Assembly (NCBI GenBank): GCA_958296135.2
Contig: CATQHZ020000001.1
Span: 2,688,001 to 2,752,000 of the forward strand
Length of the DNA: 64,000 bases
From: an uncultured Poribacteria bacterium
GTDB taxonomy: Bacteria > Poribacteria > WGA-4E > WGA-3G
Reading direction: 5' to 3'
The notes beneath the pieces are model-generated. The model made no database searches, was not told where the DNA came from, and worked only from the letters and a program-made list of their open reading frames with translations. The stretch's first letter is position 1. Each line of letters opens with the position of its first letter. The translations under genes were made by a program, and so were the position numbers. This document shows positions 9,767-19,225 of this stretch, piece after piece.

Positions 9767-10033
9767 TTACAAAACGCGGACTTCTTCCGGAAGCACGCCG
9801 ATGGAGAGAAACACGTGCTTCCAGTCCGCCTGGGACAGATGCTTTTCCAATTCGTCCCAGATAATATCGCCCCGCCTCCAACGATTGTAGCCCGCAAACT
9901 TCCGGCTGACGACGACAATATGAACACTATCATCGCCAGAACCGTTGGAGACATCAACGTAGTCTTTTTCGTCGTTGAAGTATCCATCCTTGAGCGTCTC
10001 GTAAATGCGATGCTTTACCATTTCACAAGCCAT
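9767..10033 (-). CDS. Small BolA-like protein
   Basis: GSGDDSVHIVVVSRKFAG...R..IIWDEL resembles BolA HFxVxIVSxxFxG...R; GGAGG RBS. Confidence 0.6.
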   Translation of the reverse strand: MACEMVKHRIYETLKDGYFNDEKDYVDVSNGSGDDSVHIVVVSRKFAGYNRWRRGDIIWDELEKHLSQADWKHVFLSIGVLPEEVRVL

Positions 10034-10047
10034 CAATAAATCCTCCG

Positions 10048-10512
10048 CTAGATGTTATTGTCTATCCAGCGCATAACCTTGTCAACAGAATCAATAAACT
10101 CTGTTGCCTCGTCACGGGTCACTTGCCTGGGAGCGTAACGCCAAATTGGTGTCCACTTGTTGACCTTGTTGCTAAACAGACGACGCGTTTCACGATTTTG
10201 CATCAACCTGTCCCAGCCCGGTGCGAGTCTGAGCAAAAATTCCAATTGATGCGTAAAGACGGTACTGGCCTCTGGCAGGATAGCGCGTCGTTGAAGTTCC
10301 TCCTCCAACTCGCGTAAAGTTTGACACCGATAGATATGCATCAATTTTGTTTTTAAGAGGCACTCCACGGCGTAGCCTGCTATATACATCGCGCCCTGCC
10401 ACCGAGAGGCATCCAACAGGGCTCGCGCATCGGCGAAACGGTGCCGACTCGCCCGCGCAAGTTCGCTGATGCCATTGTGCAAATTGTTATTCATCTTTAT
10501 AGGGTACCACAT
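10048..10512 (-). CDS. HEPN-domain protein
   Basis: RFADARALL..., AMYIAGYAVECLLK, THQLEFLL, W..IWRY helical HEPN pattern. Start may be 10494. Confidence 0.75.
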   Translation of the reverse strand: MWYPIKMNNNLHNGISELARASRHRFADARALLDASRWQGAMYIAGYAVECLLKTKLMHIYRCQTLRELEEELQRRAILPEASTVFTHQLEFLLRLAPGWDRLMQNRETRRLFSNKVNKWTPIWRYAPRQVTRDEATEFIDSVDKVMRWIDNNI

Positions 10513-10518
10513 TTACAC

Positions 10519-10547
10519 TTGCATTGCAAATTGAATTCTGTTATCAT
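10519..10547 (+). promoter_or_regulatory. Sigma70-like promoter
   Basis: TTGCAT-17-TATCAT with extended -10 TG. Confidence 0.6.
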
Positions 10548-10619
10548 CAAAAGCGTTGAATTCTCCAGAGAAGTTGTCAGGGAAAATGATGCCACACACT
10601 AACGATAATCGAGCAACCG

Positions 10620-12548
10620 ATGGAATTTAAACCTGCTCCACAACAGCGAGCCCTCACATGGCGCGTCGTGCTACTCTTCGCTATCACCGCGCCTATCAAC
10701 TGCTATTTTCTCATCCAGATGGAATTGGTGCGCTATACCTTCCCGACGTGGGTGGTGCCGCTCTCCAACGTCATTTTCATCCTCACCGCAGTGATGCTGA
10801 TTAACGGGGTTATCCGCTTATTGAAAAGCAGCATCGCACTCGGACAAGGCGAACTGCTATTCCTCTATGTGACGCTCAGTCTCGCCACGACGCTAGCCGG
10901 ATGTGATGTCCTGCAAGCCATCTTGTCCGTGCTTGGACACAGCACGTGGTTCGCCACGGAAGAGAACGAATGGCGGACGCTGTTTTGGCACCATCTCCCA
11001 CAATGGCTCACCGTTTCAGATAGAGACGCGTTGCGCGGTTACTACCTCGGCGAGTCTAGTCTGTATCTACCGAAGCACTTGCGGGTATGGGGGCCGGTTG
11101 TTGCAGCGTGGATATTGCTATTCCTCGTCACAGCGTTCATCTTTCTCTGCCTCAATACGATTTTGCGCCGACAGTGGACAGAACGAGAACGCCTCACTTT
11201 CCCTATCATCCAACTGCCGCTCGCAATGGCAAATCCTACCTCCCGCTTCTTTCGGAATAAGCGGATGTGGATAGGGTTCGCAATCGCCGCCGGCATCAGC
11301 CTGTTTAACGGGCTAAGCCATCTTTACCCGGTGATTCCGCACATCCCGGTTACGCGCCGATTCTTCACGTTTCACGAACCGCCGCTTAGCCTCTACGGCA
11401 CGATTATCACAGCCTTCTATCCGTTCGCCATTGGCATCATGTTCCTCATGCCGTTAGATGTGCTGTTCTCAACCACCTTTTTCTATGTCCTCTATCGGAA
11501 CGAGGTCGCATTAGCAAAAGCAGTAGGGTGGCATAGCATCCCGAACTTCCCCTATCTCAACGAACAGACTATCGGCGCGTTTATCGGGTTATGCCTTTTC
11601 TTCGCGTGGACAGGCAAACGCCACTTTCGCGCAGTGTTGAGAAGCGCGCTGGCTTCTCGTGGACAGAGGGCTCACTCGGGAGCCCCCGATGAACCGATGT
11701 CGTATCGGATGGCAGTGTGGGGATTTGTGCTCGGTATCCTGCTGTTCGCATTCTTGCTCTACAAGGCAGGAATGGCGATGTGGCTCGCGCTCGTGTTCGC
11801 CGTGCTGTTCCTCATCACGCCGCTCGTCACGACACGCATCCGCGCAGAATCCGGCATCTTCGTTCACGCTTACCACTGGCAGGCCCCGCGATACATCTTA
11901 AACACCGTGTTAGGCACGCATCGCCTCGGCGCGCGGAACCTCACCGCACTCTCAGTCTGCTTTTTCAACCGAGACTATCGCCCGCAACAGATGCCGCATC
12001 AACTGGAGGCGTTCAAGATTGCCGAAGTCGCGCGCATCTCGCAACGGCGGATGCTCTGGACAATTCTTATTGCAACCGTATTCGGTGCACTCGTCGCCTT
12101 CTGGGTGCAGCTGCATTTCTATTACCAATTCGGCGCAGATTCCGGTTACTTCGGGCCCTGGTCACTCGGCTACGGCCGCGAGTATTTCGGGCGGTTGACG
12201 AATTGGATAACCTACCCACTTGATACAGACTGGATAGGCGTTATCTTCATCGGCATCGGGTTTACGGTGATGATGGCGTTGTCCTATCTGCGCGTGAAAT
12301 TCTTCTGGCTGCCGTTACATCCCCTCGGCTACGTCATGGCAAGCAACCAAGAGATGTCCGATCTCTGGATACCGCTCGTCATCGCCTTGTCGCTCAAATG
12401 GCTAATCTTGCGCCACGGCGGCATCCAGAGTTATCGGCGCATGATTCCGTTCTTTTTAGGGCTCGTCCTCGGCGATTACCTCATGGGCAGTATGTGGAGC
12501 TTGCTGAACGTCCTCTTGAATACGACGATGTATCAGTTTTATCCATAA
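10620..12548 (+). CDS. Polytopic membrane protein, DUF6785/DUF6784-like (putative transporter)
   Basis: Many TM segments; RRQW..RERLTFPI..LP, RIRAE, WLPLHPLGY, FFLGLVLGD motifs. Confidence 0.7.
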   Translation: MEFKPAPQQRALTWRVVLLFAITAPINCYFLIQMELVRYTFPTWVVPLSNVIFILTAVMLINGVIRLLKSSIALGQGELLFLYVTLSLATTLAGCDVLQAILSVLGHSTWFATEENEWRTLFWHHLPQWLTVSDRDALRGYYLGESSLYLPKHLRVWGPVVAAWILLFLVTAFIFLCLNTILRRQWTERERLTFPIIQLPLAMANPTSRFFRNKRMWIGFAIAAGISLFNGLSHLYPVIPHIPVTRRFFTFHEPPLSLYGTIITAFYPFAIGIMFLMPLDVLFSTTFFYVLYRNEVALAKAVGWHSIPNFPYLNEQTIGAFIGLCLFFAWTGKRHFRAVLRSALASRGQRAHSGAPDEPMSYRMAVWGFVLGILLFAFLLYKAGMAMWLALVFAVLFLITPLVTTRIRAESGIFVHAYHWQAPRYILNTVLGTHRLGARNLTALSVCFFNRDYRPQQMPHQLEAFKIAEVARISQRRMLWTILIATVFGALVAFWVQLHFYYQFGADSGYFGPWSLGYGREYFGRLTNWITYPLDTDWIGVIFIGIGFTVMMALSYLRVKFFWLPLHPLGYVMASNQEMSDLWIPLVIALSLKWLILRHGGIQSYRRMIPFFLGLVLGDYLMGSMWSLLNVLLNTTMYQFYP

Positions 12549-12559
12549 GCCCGCCGCGC

Positions 12560-13156
12560 TTACGGCGACACTTCCTGCAGCCGACTATCCACCATTTTAA
12601 AACGTATCTCTACCGCCTTGCTCGGGTCGTACACACCGTAGTCTCCCCGCGCAAGATAGGTGATAGCCACACTGTCGCTGCGAGGCGAAGCCAACGCAGC
12701 CTTTTGGACTCTCACCCGGTCACCTAGGTCAGCTTCACTGACGCTTTTGAGCGTGGCTTTATCCACCGCCGTCAGAAAGAAAAAAGTCCCTGAGCCGCCC
12801 CAATTATAGCCCACCGGCACGAAAAGGTAACGGTTCCCTTCCACAGCGTATTGGCTCAGGAGTGTGTACCGGAATCCGTGGGTTTCACCGCCACCGATAT
12901 CGTACATCCCTTCCCCTGTAAAGGCAGCCCCAACGACAACCTCAATGGGTGTGCCGCTCTCGTCACCGCTCATCTCTGGCACAATCAGCGTGACTTTCGC
13001 CAGCGCATCTTCCAGTGAAGTATTCAATTTCACAAACCCCGCGCCGGTTTTTTGAGTCGCAGTGCGCTGATTGCACCCCGCCGCGAAGACAATCGCAACA
13101 GAGAACAACGAGAACGCGAGGGTTCTCAAAATGCTTTCGACACTTGGACGTAACAT
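12560..13156 (-). CDS. Hypothetical lipoprotein
   Basis: Hydrophobic N-terminus ending FAAGC; GGAGG RBS; NWGGSGTF...LGDRV motif. Confidence 0.7.
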   Translation of the reverse strand: MLRPSVESILRTLAFSLFSVAIVFAAGCNQRTATQKTGAGFVKLNTSLEDALAKVTLIVPEMSGDESGTPIEVVVGAAFTGEGMYDIGGGETHGFRYTLLSQYAVEGNRYLFVPVGYNWGGSGTFFFLTAVDKATLKSVSEADLGDRVRVQKAALASPRSDSVAITYLARGDYGVYDPSKAVEIRFKMVDSRLQEVSP

Positions 13157-13254
13157 CTTTTCGTTCCTCCACCCTCTAAAATAGTTGCAAATTACTATTA
13201 TTATTGCATGAACTGTACCGACATGTCAAGGAAAACGCCCGTTCTGCAAAAAAC

Positions 13255-13283
13255 TTGACCTTAAATTCGAAATACGTTAAAAT
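13255..13283 (+). promoter_or_regulatory. Sigma70-like promoter
   Basis: TTGACC-17-TAAAAT. Confidence 0.65.
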
Positions 13284-13308
13284 AATACGAAACAGAGGAG
13301 AAAAACTT

Positions 13309-14466
13309 ATGAAAACCTATCGCGTTGCTATTTTAGGCTGCCGCAGCCGCGGCACATCGGCGGCGAAAGCATACCACGCACATCCACGCACAGAAATCGT
13401 CGCACTCTGTGATCTGGTGCAAGAACGTTTAGCCGCGCTCGGCAACATCGTGAACGTCTCCGCACATTTCACCGATTTAGATGAGATGATCCGGCAGACT
13501 TCTCCAGACATCGTCGCCATTCCGACAGCAACAGACGCGCACTACCCGCTCGCTATGCGCGTGCTAGAACACGGCGTGAACATCGAGGTAGAAAAACCTA
13601 TCTGCGGAGATCTGGTTGAAGCGGATGCAGTGCTGGCGAAAGCGAAGGAGAAAAACGCGCGCGTCGTCGTGCATCACCAACGGCGCGTTAGCCCCACGAT
13701 GCAGGCTGTCGCCAAAGTGCTCAACGAAGGCAAGATCGGCGAGCTCCGATATATTTACGCCAGCGGCAAAGGCTATTACGCCGGCTATGGGCTCATGAAC
13801 ATCGGCACGCATGTCATCAACAACATGCTCCGTTTCGGCGGGCATTGCCGAAGCGTTGTAACACAAGCGACAACCGGCGGACGCACCATCACGCCAGAGG
13901 ATGTGCTTCCCTCACCGAGTGGGATGGGCATCATCGCAGGCGAATACGTCACAGCAACGCTGCAATTCGATGGCCATATCACCGGCACGCTTCTCCAACA
14001 CCGGTGCCCGAAAGTGGATAGCGATGCCTATGCGATGGAACTCTACGGCACCGAGGGCCGACTCTTCTGGTCTGAACTGAGAGGCGCATGGCGGTTACCA
14101 ACACCGCATTTTGTGCCAGACGGCACACACGACAGATGGGAAAAACTCGCACCTATCTATCCGGTCCACTTTGAGGCCGCCAGCGGTGCGGATGCAGACG
14201 ACTATTGCGTCGTCGAGGAATATGTCAACGCGCTTGACGAAAACCGAGAGCATGAATGCAGCGGCGAAGAAGGACGACACGTGCTTGAGGTGCTCATGGG
14301 CATTTTCGAGTCAGCTGTCCGCGGCACCCGTGTCGCACTACCTCAGAAAAATCGCGAGCATCCGTTATTGCAGTGGCGCGCCGAAGCCGGTTTGGGGGAC
14401 ATGCCAGAAATGCCCCGCGACTACGGCACATGGCTAGCGAAAGAAACAGAACGCCTGAATTCCTAA
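13309..14466 (+). CDS. Gfo/Idh/MocA family oxidoreductase
   Basis: RVAILGC, VEKP, GKIGEL, GTH motifs; ATG 13309 follows GAGGAG. Confidence 0.9.
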   Translation: MKTYRVAILGCRSRGTSAAKAYHAHPRTEIVALCDLVQERLAALGNIVNVSAHFTDLDEMIRQTSPDIVAIPTATDAHYPLAMRVLEHGVNIEVEKPICGDLVEADAVLAKAKEKNARVVVHHQRRVSPTMQAVAKVLNEGKIGELRYIYASGKGYYAGYGLMNIGTHVINNMLRFGGHCRSVVTQATTGGRTITPEDVLPSPSGMGIIAGEYVTATLQFDGHITGTLLQHRCPKVDSDAYAMELYGTEGRLFWSELRGAWRLPTPHFVPDGTHDRWEKLAPIYPVHFEAASGADADDYCVVEEYVNALDENREHECSGEEGRHVLEVLMGIFESAVRGTRVALPQKNREHPLLQWRAEAGLGDMPEMPRDYGTWLAKETERLNS

Positions 14467-14513
14467 GGCAGAACCGGAAATCCACCGGCAAGTATCGCAA
14501 ATAGGAGAAACTT

Positions 14514-15320
14514 ATGCCAAACCCAACGACGAACGCGGACAACTTACCCCCGATGCCGCTGTCAGAGGAACAACGGTATCTCTTTGATACCCGCGGCTGG
14601 CTTCTGATACCGGCGGTGCTGAGTGAAATAGAAATTCAGGAGATGCGCGAGTTCTGTTACCAACTCAAGCAAGAACCATTAGCAATTCCAGAGCACCACC
14701 GTTCTTCAATCGGCGGCCCCTTGGAAACGCTCACCGATCATCCCGTTGTGCTCGGGTTCATGAACGAATTTTTGGCATCCGGATATGCTAACGAGAATTG
14801 CTACGGCTTTCGGTTGGAAGGCACGTTCCTCACGATTCGGGAGAACGGACATGATAACTTCCGGCCTCACGGCGGCCGCGGGATGCTTAACTTTCCCGGC
14901 AATTCACATACGTACCATCTGCATCATGACAAGGCGCACAGCGGGTTGACGCGTGTCGTTTGGGAACTGAATCCCGTGAAAAAAGGCGGCGGCGGCACCA
15001 TGTTCCTCACGGGAAGCCACAAAGGCGCATTCCCCGCACCGAAATCCACAGAGAACCGAGATTCGCCGCTGTGGGAGGACTACACCTGCCCAGCCGGCTC
15101 CGTGCTGATGTTCACGGAGGCGATTACGCATACCGGCGCGAGATGGACAGATGACAAGGCAGATCGCGTCGCAATTTTCCACTGCTACAATACGGTCGGT
15201 AACAAGTGGCACAAGTGGGAACCGCACCCACAGCATATCGCGGAGATGCCGTTTAAACGCCAGACACTCTTCCGACCGGTTTATTGTCAGGACAACGTCC
15301 CAACGCTGGCGGCAGTGTAG
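14514..15320 (+). CDS. PhyH-family Fe(II)/2OG enzyme, HxG variant
   Basis: EQRYLFDTRGW, PHGG in place of HxD, GGTMFLTGSHK, FTEAITH. Confidence 0.85.
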   Translation: MPNPTTNADNLPPMPLSEEQRYLFDTRGWLLIPAVLSEIEIQEMREFCYQLKQEPLAIPEHHRSSIGGPLETLTDHPVVLGFMNEFLASGYANENCYGFRLEGTFLTIRENGHDNFRPHGGRGMLNFPGNSHTYHLHHDKAHSGLTRVVWELNPVKKGGGGTMFLTGSHKGAFPAPKSTENRDSPLWEDYTCPAGSVLMFTEAITHTGARWTDDKADRVAIFHCYNTVGNKWHKWEPHPQHIAEMPFKRQTLFRPVYCQDNVPTLAAV

Positions 15321-15382
15321 GCGCGAACATTTGAAAAATGCCAAAGCGCACCCGGAAGCGGCCCAGTTGGAAACAACTTCGC

Positions 15383-15567
15383 AATTCGCGCCGAATGATT
15401 CAACAACTCAAACGGAAGGATGGTTTCAGCATCGCATTAAAGGATCTCACTATCAATTCAGACACACCGACAAGCCGGGCACAGTCTCTGTTCCACATCC
15501 AAACAAAGACATAGCGATAGGAACAGTGCGAAGTATCTATGAACAGGCCGAATGGGAGTGGAACTAA
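15383..15567 (+). pseudogene. hicA: HicA toxin, frameshifted
   Basis: EGW...KGSHYQFRH..KPGTVSVPHP.KDI..GT..SI in one frame. The N-terminal NSRRMIQQLK lies in another frame (shift near 15412). Confidence 0.75.
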
Positions 15568-15638
15568 AATAACTGATGAGAGCTCTCTACCAAATTGTCC
15601 ACCTTAAGACAAGAGGTTAGAAAATTGGAGTTGGATCC

Positions 15639-16367
15639 ATGAAAACTCTTATGCAATATCCTGTTGTGATTTTCAAAGATCCGGATAGCATCTACGGCAT
15701 CGTTGTCCCAGACTTACCCGGGTGTATTACCGCCGGAAACACCGTCGAGCATGTGCTGACGCAAGCCGTGGAAGCCATTAAATGTCATCTGAGTGGCATC
15801 TTGACTGATGGAGAACCGATTCCGGAACCCAAGGACATCGCCTACCATCAGAACGACCCGGAATATGCCGATGCACTTCAGTGGGACACCGTGACGATAA
15901 CGCTGCCCGAACTCCGCCACTATCCGGTCCTGATATCCCGAAAACGGCGGAAGCACTACCGGCTCATCGTCCCAGACTTGCCCGGCTGTGTCGTGCGCGG
16001 CAAGACAGCACGCAATGCACTCGCGAAAGCAGGACTCGCCATCGAACGCTATATGGAAGCAAGAGTCCTTAAGGACGAAACAATACCCGAACCCAAACCC
16101 CTCGCGCACCATCGCGATAACCCCGCGCAGCCGGCGGGACAATGGGACTCGGTGCCGATTATCGTGCCGGAAATCAAGCATCTCCTCATCGCGCGCCCGG
16201 GACGCATCTCCCGCTTTTTCCGAGGGCTCGGGTTCACACGCTTTCCGTGGGAAGCACGCCCGCACCCCTGGATTCGCGGCGCGCGACCGCCGGAATGGCA
16301 AGAGGACAACACGCAAACAAAAGCGGCAGCGTTGAAAACGACACCGCAATTCGCGCAAACTGATTAA
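15639..16367 (+). CDS. hicB: HicB-like antitoxin with two tandem HicB domains
   Basis: YPV.I...Y...VPDLPGC...G.T occurs twice, each followed by IPEPK. Confidence 0.85.
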   Translation: MKTLMQYPVVIFKDPDSIYGIVVPDLPGCITAGNTVEHVLTQAVEAIKCHLSGILTDGEPIPEPKDIAYHQNDPEYADALQWDTVTITLPELRHYPVLISRKRRKHYRLIVPDLPGCVVRGKTARNALAKAGLAIERYMEARVLKDETIPEPKPLAHHRDNPAQPAGQWDSVPIIVPEIKHLLIARPGRISRFFRGLGFTRFPWEARPHPWIRGARPPEWQEDNTQTKAAALKTTPQFAQTD

Positions 16368-16396
16368 ACCGTTAACTTTTATCGGGAGGAAAATTG

Positions 16397-17533
16397 ATGA
16401 AAATTACTAACGTCAAATCATTTGTATCGGCATCCGGACATTTCTTCGTCAAGGTAGAAACGGATGCCGGCATTTACGGAGTCGGTGAGGGCGGCCTAAG
16501 ACGACGCGCCCTCGCCCTCGCCGAAGTTGTCCGCTCGTTTGAACCATTCCTCATCGGCGCAGATCCCTTTCGGATCGAGCAACTATGGCAAGTCATGTTC
16601 CGCGGCGGCTTCTTCCCCGGCGGGGTTGTCCAATCCGCCGCTGTCAGTGCTGTCGATATCGCACTCTGGGACATCAAAGGCAAGGCTCTGAACGTCCCAG
16701 TCTATGAACTCCTCGGCGGCCGGACGCGCGACAAAGTCGTCTGCTATCCGCACAACGGCGGTGGCACAATCGAGGCACTCGTTGAAAGTTGCCGCAACAC
16801 TCATGCAGCTGGCTGGAAATTCGTCCGATGGGGCCTCGCCGATGACACCGGTGCCACAGGCAACTTTGAACCGCGACGCGCCGTGCAGCACGGACTCGCG
16901 CAGGCGCAAGCAGTACGGCAAGCACTCGGCGACGATGTGGAGATACTCATCGACGTGCATACGCGCCTCGACCCGGCGGATAGCCTCGAATTTTGCAACA
17001 AGGTGGAGCCTTACCACCCCTTTTTCATCGAAGACCCGCTCCGCAGCGAAAACCCTGCCAGCCTCAGGCGCATCCGACAGCAAACCTCGGTCCCGATTGC
17101 CGTCGGCGAACAATTTGACAGCAAATGGGCATTCCGAGAGGTAATTGAGGCAGACCTGCTGGATTACTGCCGCGTCGACGTGTGCATCGTCGGTGGGTTG
17201 ACAGAGGCGAAGAAAGTTGCGGGATGGTGCGAGACGCACTACATCCACCTCGCACCGCACAACCCGTTAGGACCGGTCTCCGCCGCGGCGTGCCTGCATC
17301 TCTGTCTGTCATCCTCACTCGTCGGCGTGCAGGAATTGCCGCGCGCACCGATGTCCGATCTCACCGATGTCTTCCCAGTGCAAGTACCGTTTGAATCGGG
17401 ACATCTCTTGCCGCCCGAAGTCCCCGGACTCGGCATTGAATTCAACGAAGACGCACTCACGAACGTCACAACCCAAGAATATGGACCGCCGCACGGCTAT
17501 CAACGCGACGACGGTGCCTATACCAATTGGTAG
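16397..17533 (+). CDS. Mandelate racemase/muconate lactonizing family (DgoD-like acid-sugar dehydratase)
   Basis: SAVDIALWDIKGK, DVH, IEDP, GE, APHNPLGP, PGLG. Confidence 0.9.
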   Translation: MKITNVKSFVSASGHFFVKVETDAGIYGVGEGGLRRRALALAEVVRSFEPFLIGADPFRIEQLWQVMFRGGFFPGGVVQSAAVSAVDIALWDIKGKALNVPVYELLGGRTRDKVVCYPHNGGGTIEALVESCRNTHAAGWKFVRWGLADDTGATGNFEPRRAVQHGLAQAQAVRQALGDDVEILIDVHTRLDPADSLEFCNKVEPYHPFFIEDPLRSENPASLRRIRQQTSVPIAVGEQFDSKWAFREVIEADLLDYCRVDVCIVGGLTEAKKVAGWCETHYIHLAPHNPLGPVSAAACLHLCLSSSLVGVQELPRAPMSDLTDVFPVQVPFESGHLLPPEVPGLGIEFNEDALTNVTTQEYGPPHGYQRDDGAYTNW

Positions 17534-17550
17534 AACTTAGCACATGTTTT

Positions 17551-17685
17551 GTAGGAGGGACCTCCCGGTCCCGAAGGAGAACCTGCTCGGCGTTCAATCT
17601 GTGTAGGAGGGACCTCCCGGTCCCGAAGGAGAACCTGCTCAGCATTCAATCTGTGTAGGAGGGACCTCCCGGTCCCGAAGGAGAA
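17551..17685. repeat. Tandem 52-bp repeat (about 2.6 copies) carrying REP unit GTAGGAGGGACCTCCCGGTCCCGA
   Basis: GTAG at 17551, 17603 and 17655; the last copy contains the AAGGAG upstream of argD. Confidence 0.9.
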
Positions 17686-17691
17686 ACTTTT

Positions 17692-18882
17692 ATGACAACC
17701 GCTGAAATTAAAACGATGGCGACAGAATACATTATTAACACCTACGGCGACAGAAACCTCGCCTTCGTCAAAGGCGAGGGACCTTATCTCTGGGATGCCG
17801 AAGGCAAGCAGTATCTTGACTTCCTCGGCGGGCTCGCTGTCAACGGACTCGGGCACTGCCATCCGAATGTCGTCGCCGCCATTCAGGAGCAGGCAGGCAA
17901 ACTGCTGCATACCTCTAACCTCTACTACATCCAACCGCAGGCAGAATTGGCGAAAATGTTGGTAGAGAATTCCGACATGGACCAGGCATTTTTCTGCAAC
18001 AGCGGCGCAGAGGCGAACGAAGCAGCCATTAAACTGGCGCGCAAGTTCACCAAAGACAGCGGCCGGCCGGATGCCTACGAAATCATCACGATGGACGATT
18101 CGTTCCACGGACGAACGATGGCAACCATCACCGCCACGGCGCAGACAAAATACCACGTCGGGTTTGAACCGATGCTGGAAGGCTTCACCTACGTGCCGTT
18201 TGATGATTTGCCTGCAACCGAAGCCGCCATCAACGAGCAGACCTGCGCGATTTTGGTAGAACCAATTCAATCCGAAGGCGGAGTCAACATCCCTAGCGAC
18301 GGCTACCTGCAGGGACTCCGCGCGCTGTGCGACAAACACAACCTGCTCCTCATTTTCGACGAGGTGCAAACGGCGATGGGGCGGCTCGGCACCTTCTTCG
18401 GCTATCAGAGTTACGGCGTTGTCCCCGATGTCATCACAATGGCGAAGGCACTCGGCAGCGGTGTGCCTATCGGTGCGATGCTCGCGAAGCGTGAGATAGC
18501 AGCGAGTTTCGTCCCCGGCACGCACGCGGCGACGTTCGGCGGAAACCCGCTCGTCACAGCAGCGGCCCGCGCAACCGTGAAAACTATCTTAGACGAAAAT
18601 CTCGCCGTGAACGCCGTTAAGATGGGGAATTATCTCGCCGGCGGGTTGATGGAACTCAAGGGCAAATATCCTATCAAAGAGGTGCGCGGGAAGGGCCTGC
18701 TCCGCGGGCTCGTGATGGATGTCGATGCCAAACCACTCGCCGCGAAGTGCATCGAAAACGGGCTCGTCACCATCTGCACCAACGATTATGTGCTCCGGTT
18801 TTTACCGCCGCTCAATATCAACACGGGACACGTTGAGGAGGCGGTGAACATCGTCGAAAAATCGATGGGCGAGGTTTTTTGA
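17692..18882 (+). CDS. argD: Acetylornithine aminotransferase (class III PLP)
   Basis: FFCNSGAEANEAAIKLAR, SFHGRT, EPIQSEGG, DEVQT, MAKALG, TFGGNPL. Confidence 0.92.
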   Translation: MTTAEIKTMATEYIINTYGDRNLAFVKGEGPYLWDAEGKQYLDFLGGLAVNGLGHCHPNVVAAIQEQAGKLLHTSNLYYIQPQAELAKMLVENSDMDQAFFCNSGAEANEAAIKLARKFTKDSGRPDAYEIITMDDSFHGRTMATITATAQTKYHVGFEPMLEGFTYVPFDDLPATEAAINEQTCAILVEPIQSEGGVNIPSDGYLQGLRALCDKHNLLLIFDEVQTAMGRLGTFFGYQSYGVVPDVITMAKALGSGVPIGAMLAKREIAASFVPGTHAATFGGNPLVTAAARATVKTILDENLAVNAVKMGNYLAGGLMELKGKYPIKEVRGKGLLRGLVMDVDAKPLAAKCIENGLVTICTNDYVLRFLPPLNINTGHVEEAVNIVEKSMGEVF

Positions 18883-18903
18883 CTGCAGATGGCCCTTTCG
18901 GCC

Positions 18904-19068
18904 GCAGCGCGAAGACCTGGCCCTAGATGCCCCTTACGTCCGTAGCGCGAGGGCCTGTCCCTCGCAAAGCATTGACTGTAGAAAACAGCGGGCAGCGCGA
19001 GGGCCTGTCCCTCGCCATGCATCAAGCAGCCACAATACCGTAGCGCGAGGACCTGGCCCCCGCGCTAC
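18904..19068. repeat. Cluster of about 4 REP-like family B units
   Basis: G(T/C)AGCGCGAGGGCCTGTCCCTCGC copies; 19040-19068 is a full GTAG...CTAC palindrome. Confidence 0.8.
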
Positions 19069-19103
19069 GGGCCACACAGCAGTTCTTATATTCACGATGT
19101 CAC

Positions 19104-19133
19104 TTGACTCAACATCCGCTTATTCTGTATAAT
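19104..19133 (+). promoter_or_regulatory. Sigma70 promoter of the MTase gene
   Basis: TTGACT-18-TATAAT. Confidence 0.7.
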
Positions 19134-19225
19134 GTGAAAAACCTTAAAGAAGCGTCAAGACAGTCTAGTCATTCACACCCACTGAAACCCAGAAGCCCTA
19201 ACCAAACGCTTCGAGAAAAACAAAA

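Noticed and set aside
17551-17685. Mini-CRISPR
   Set aside because: The two 'spacers' differ at only 2 positions; it is a simple tandem duplication.
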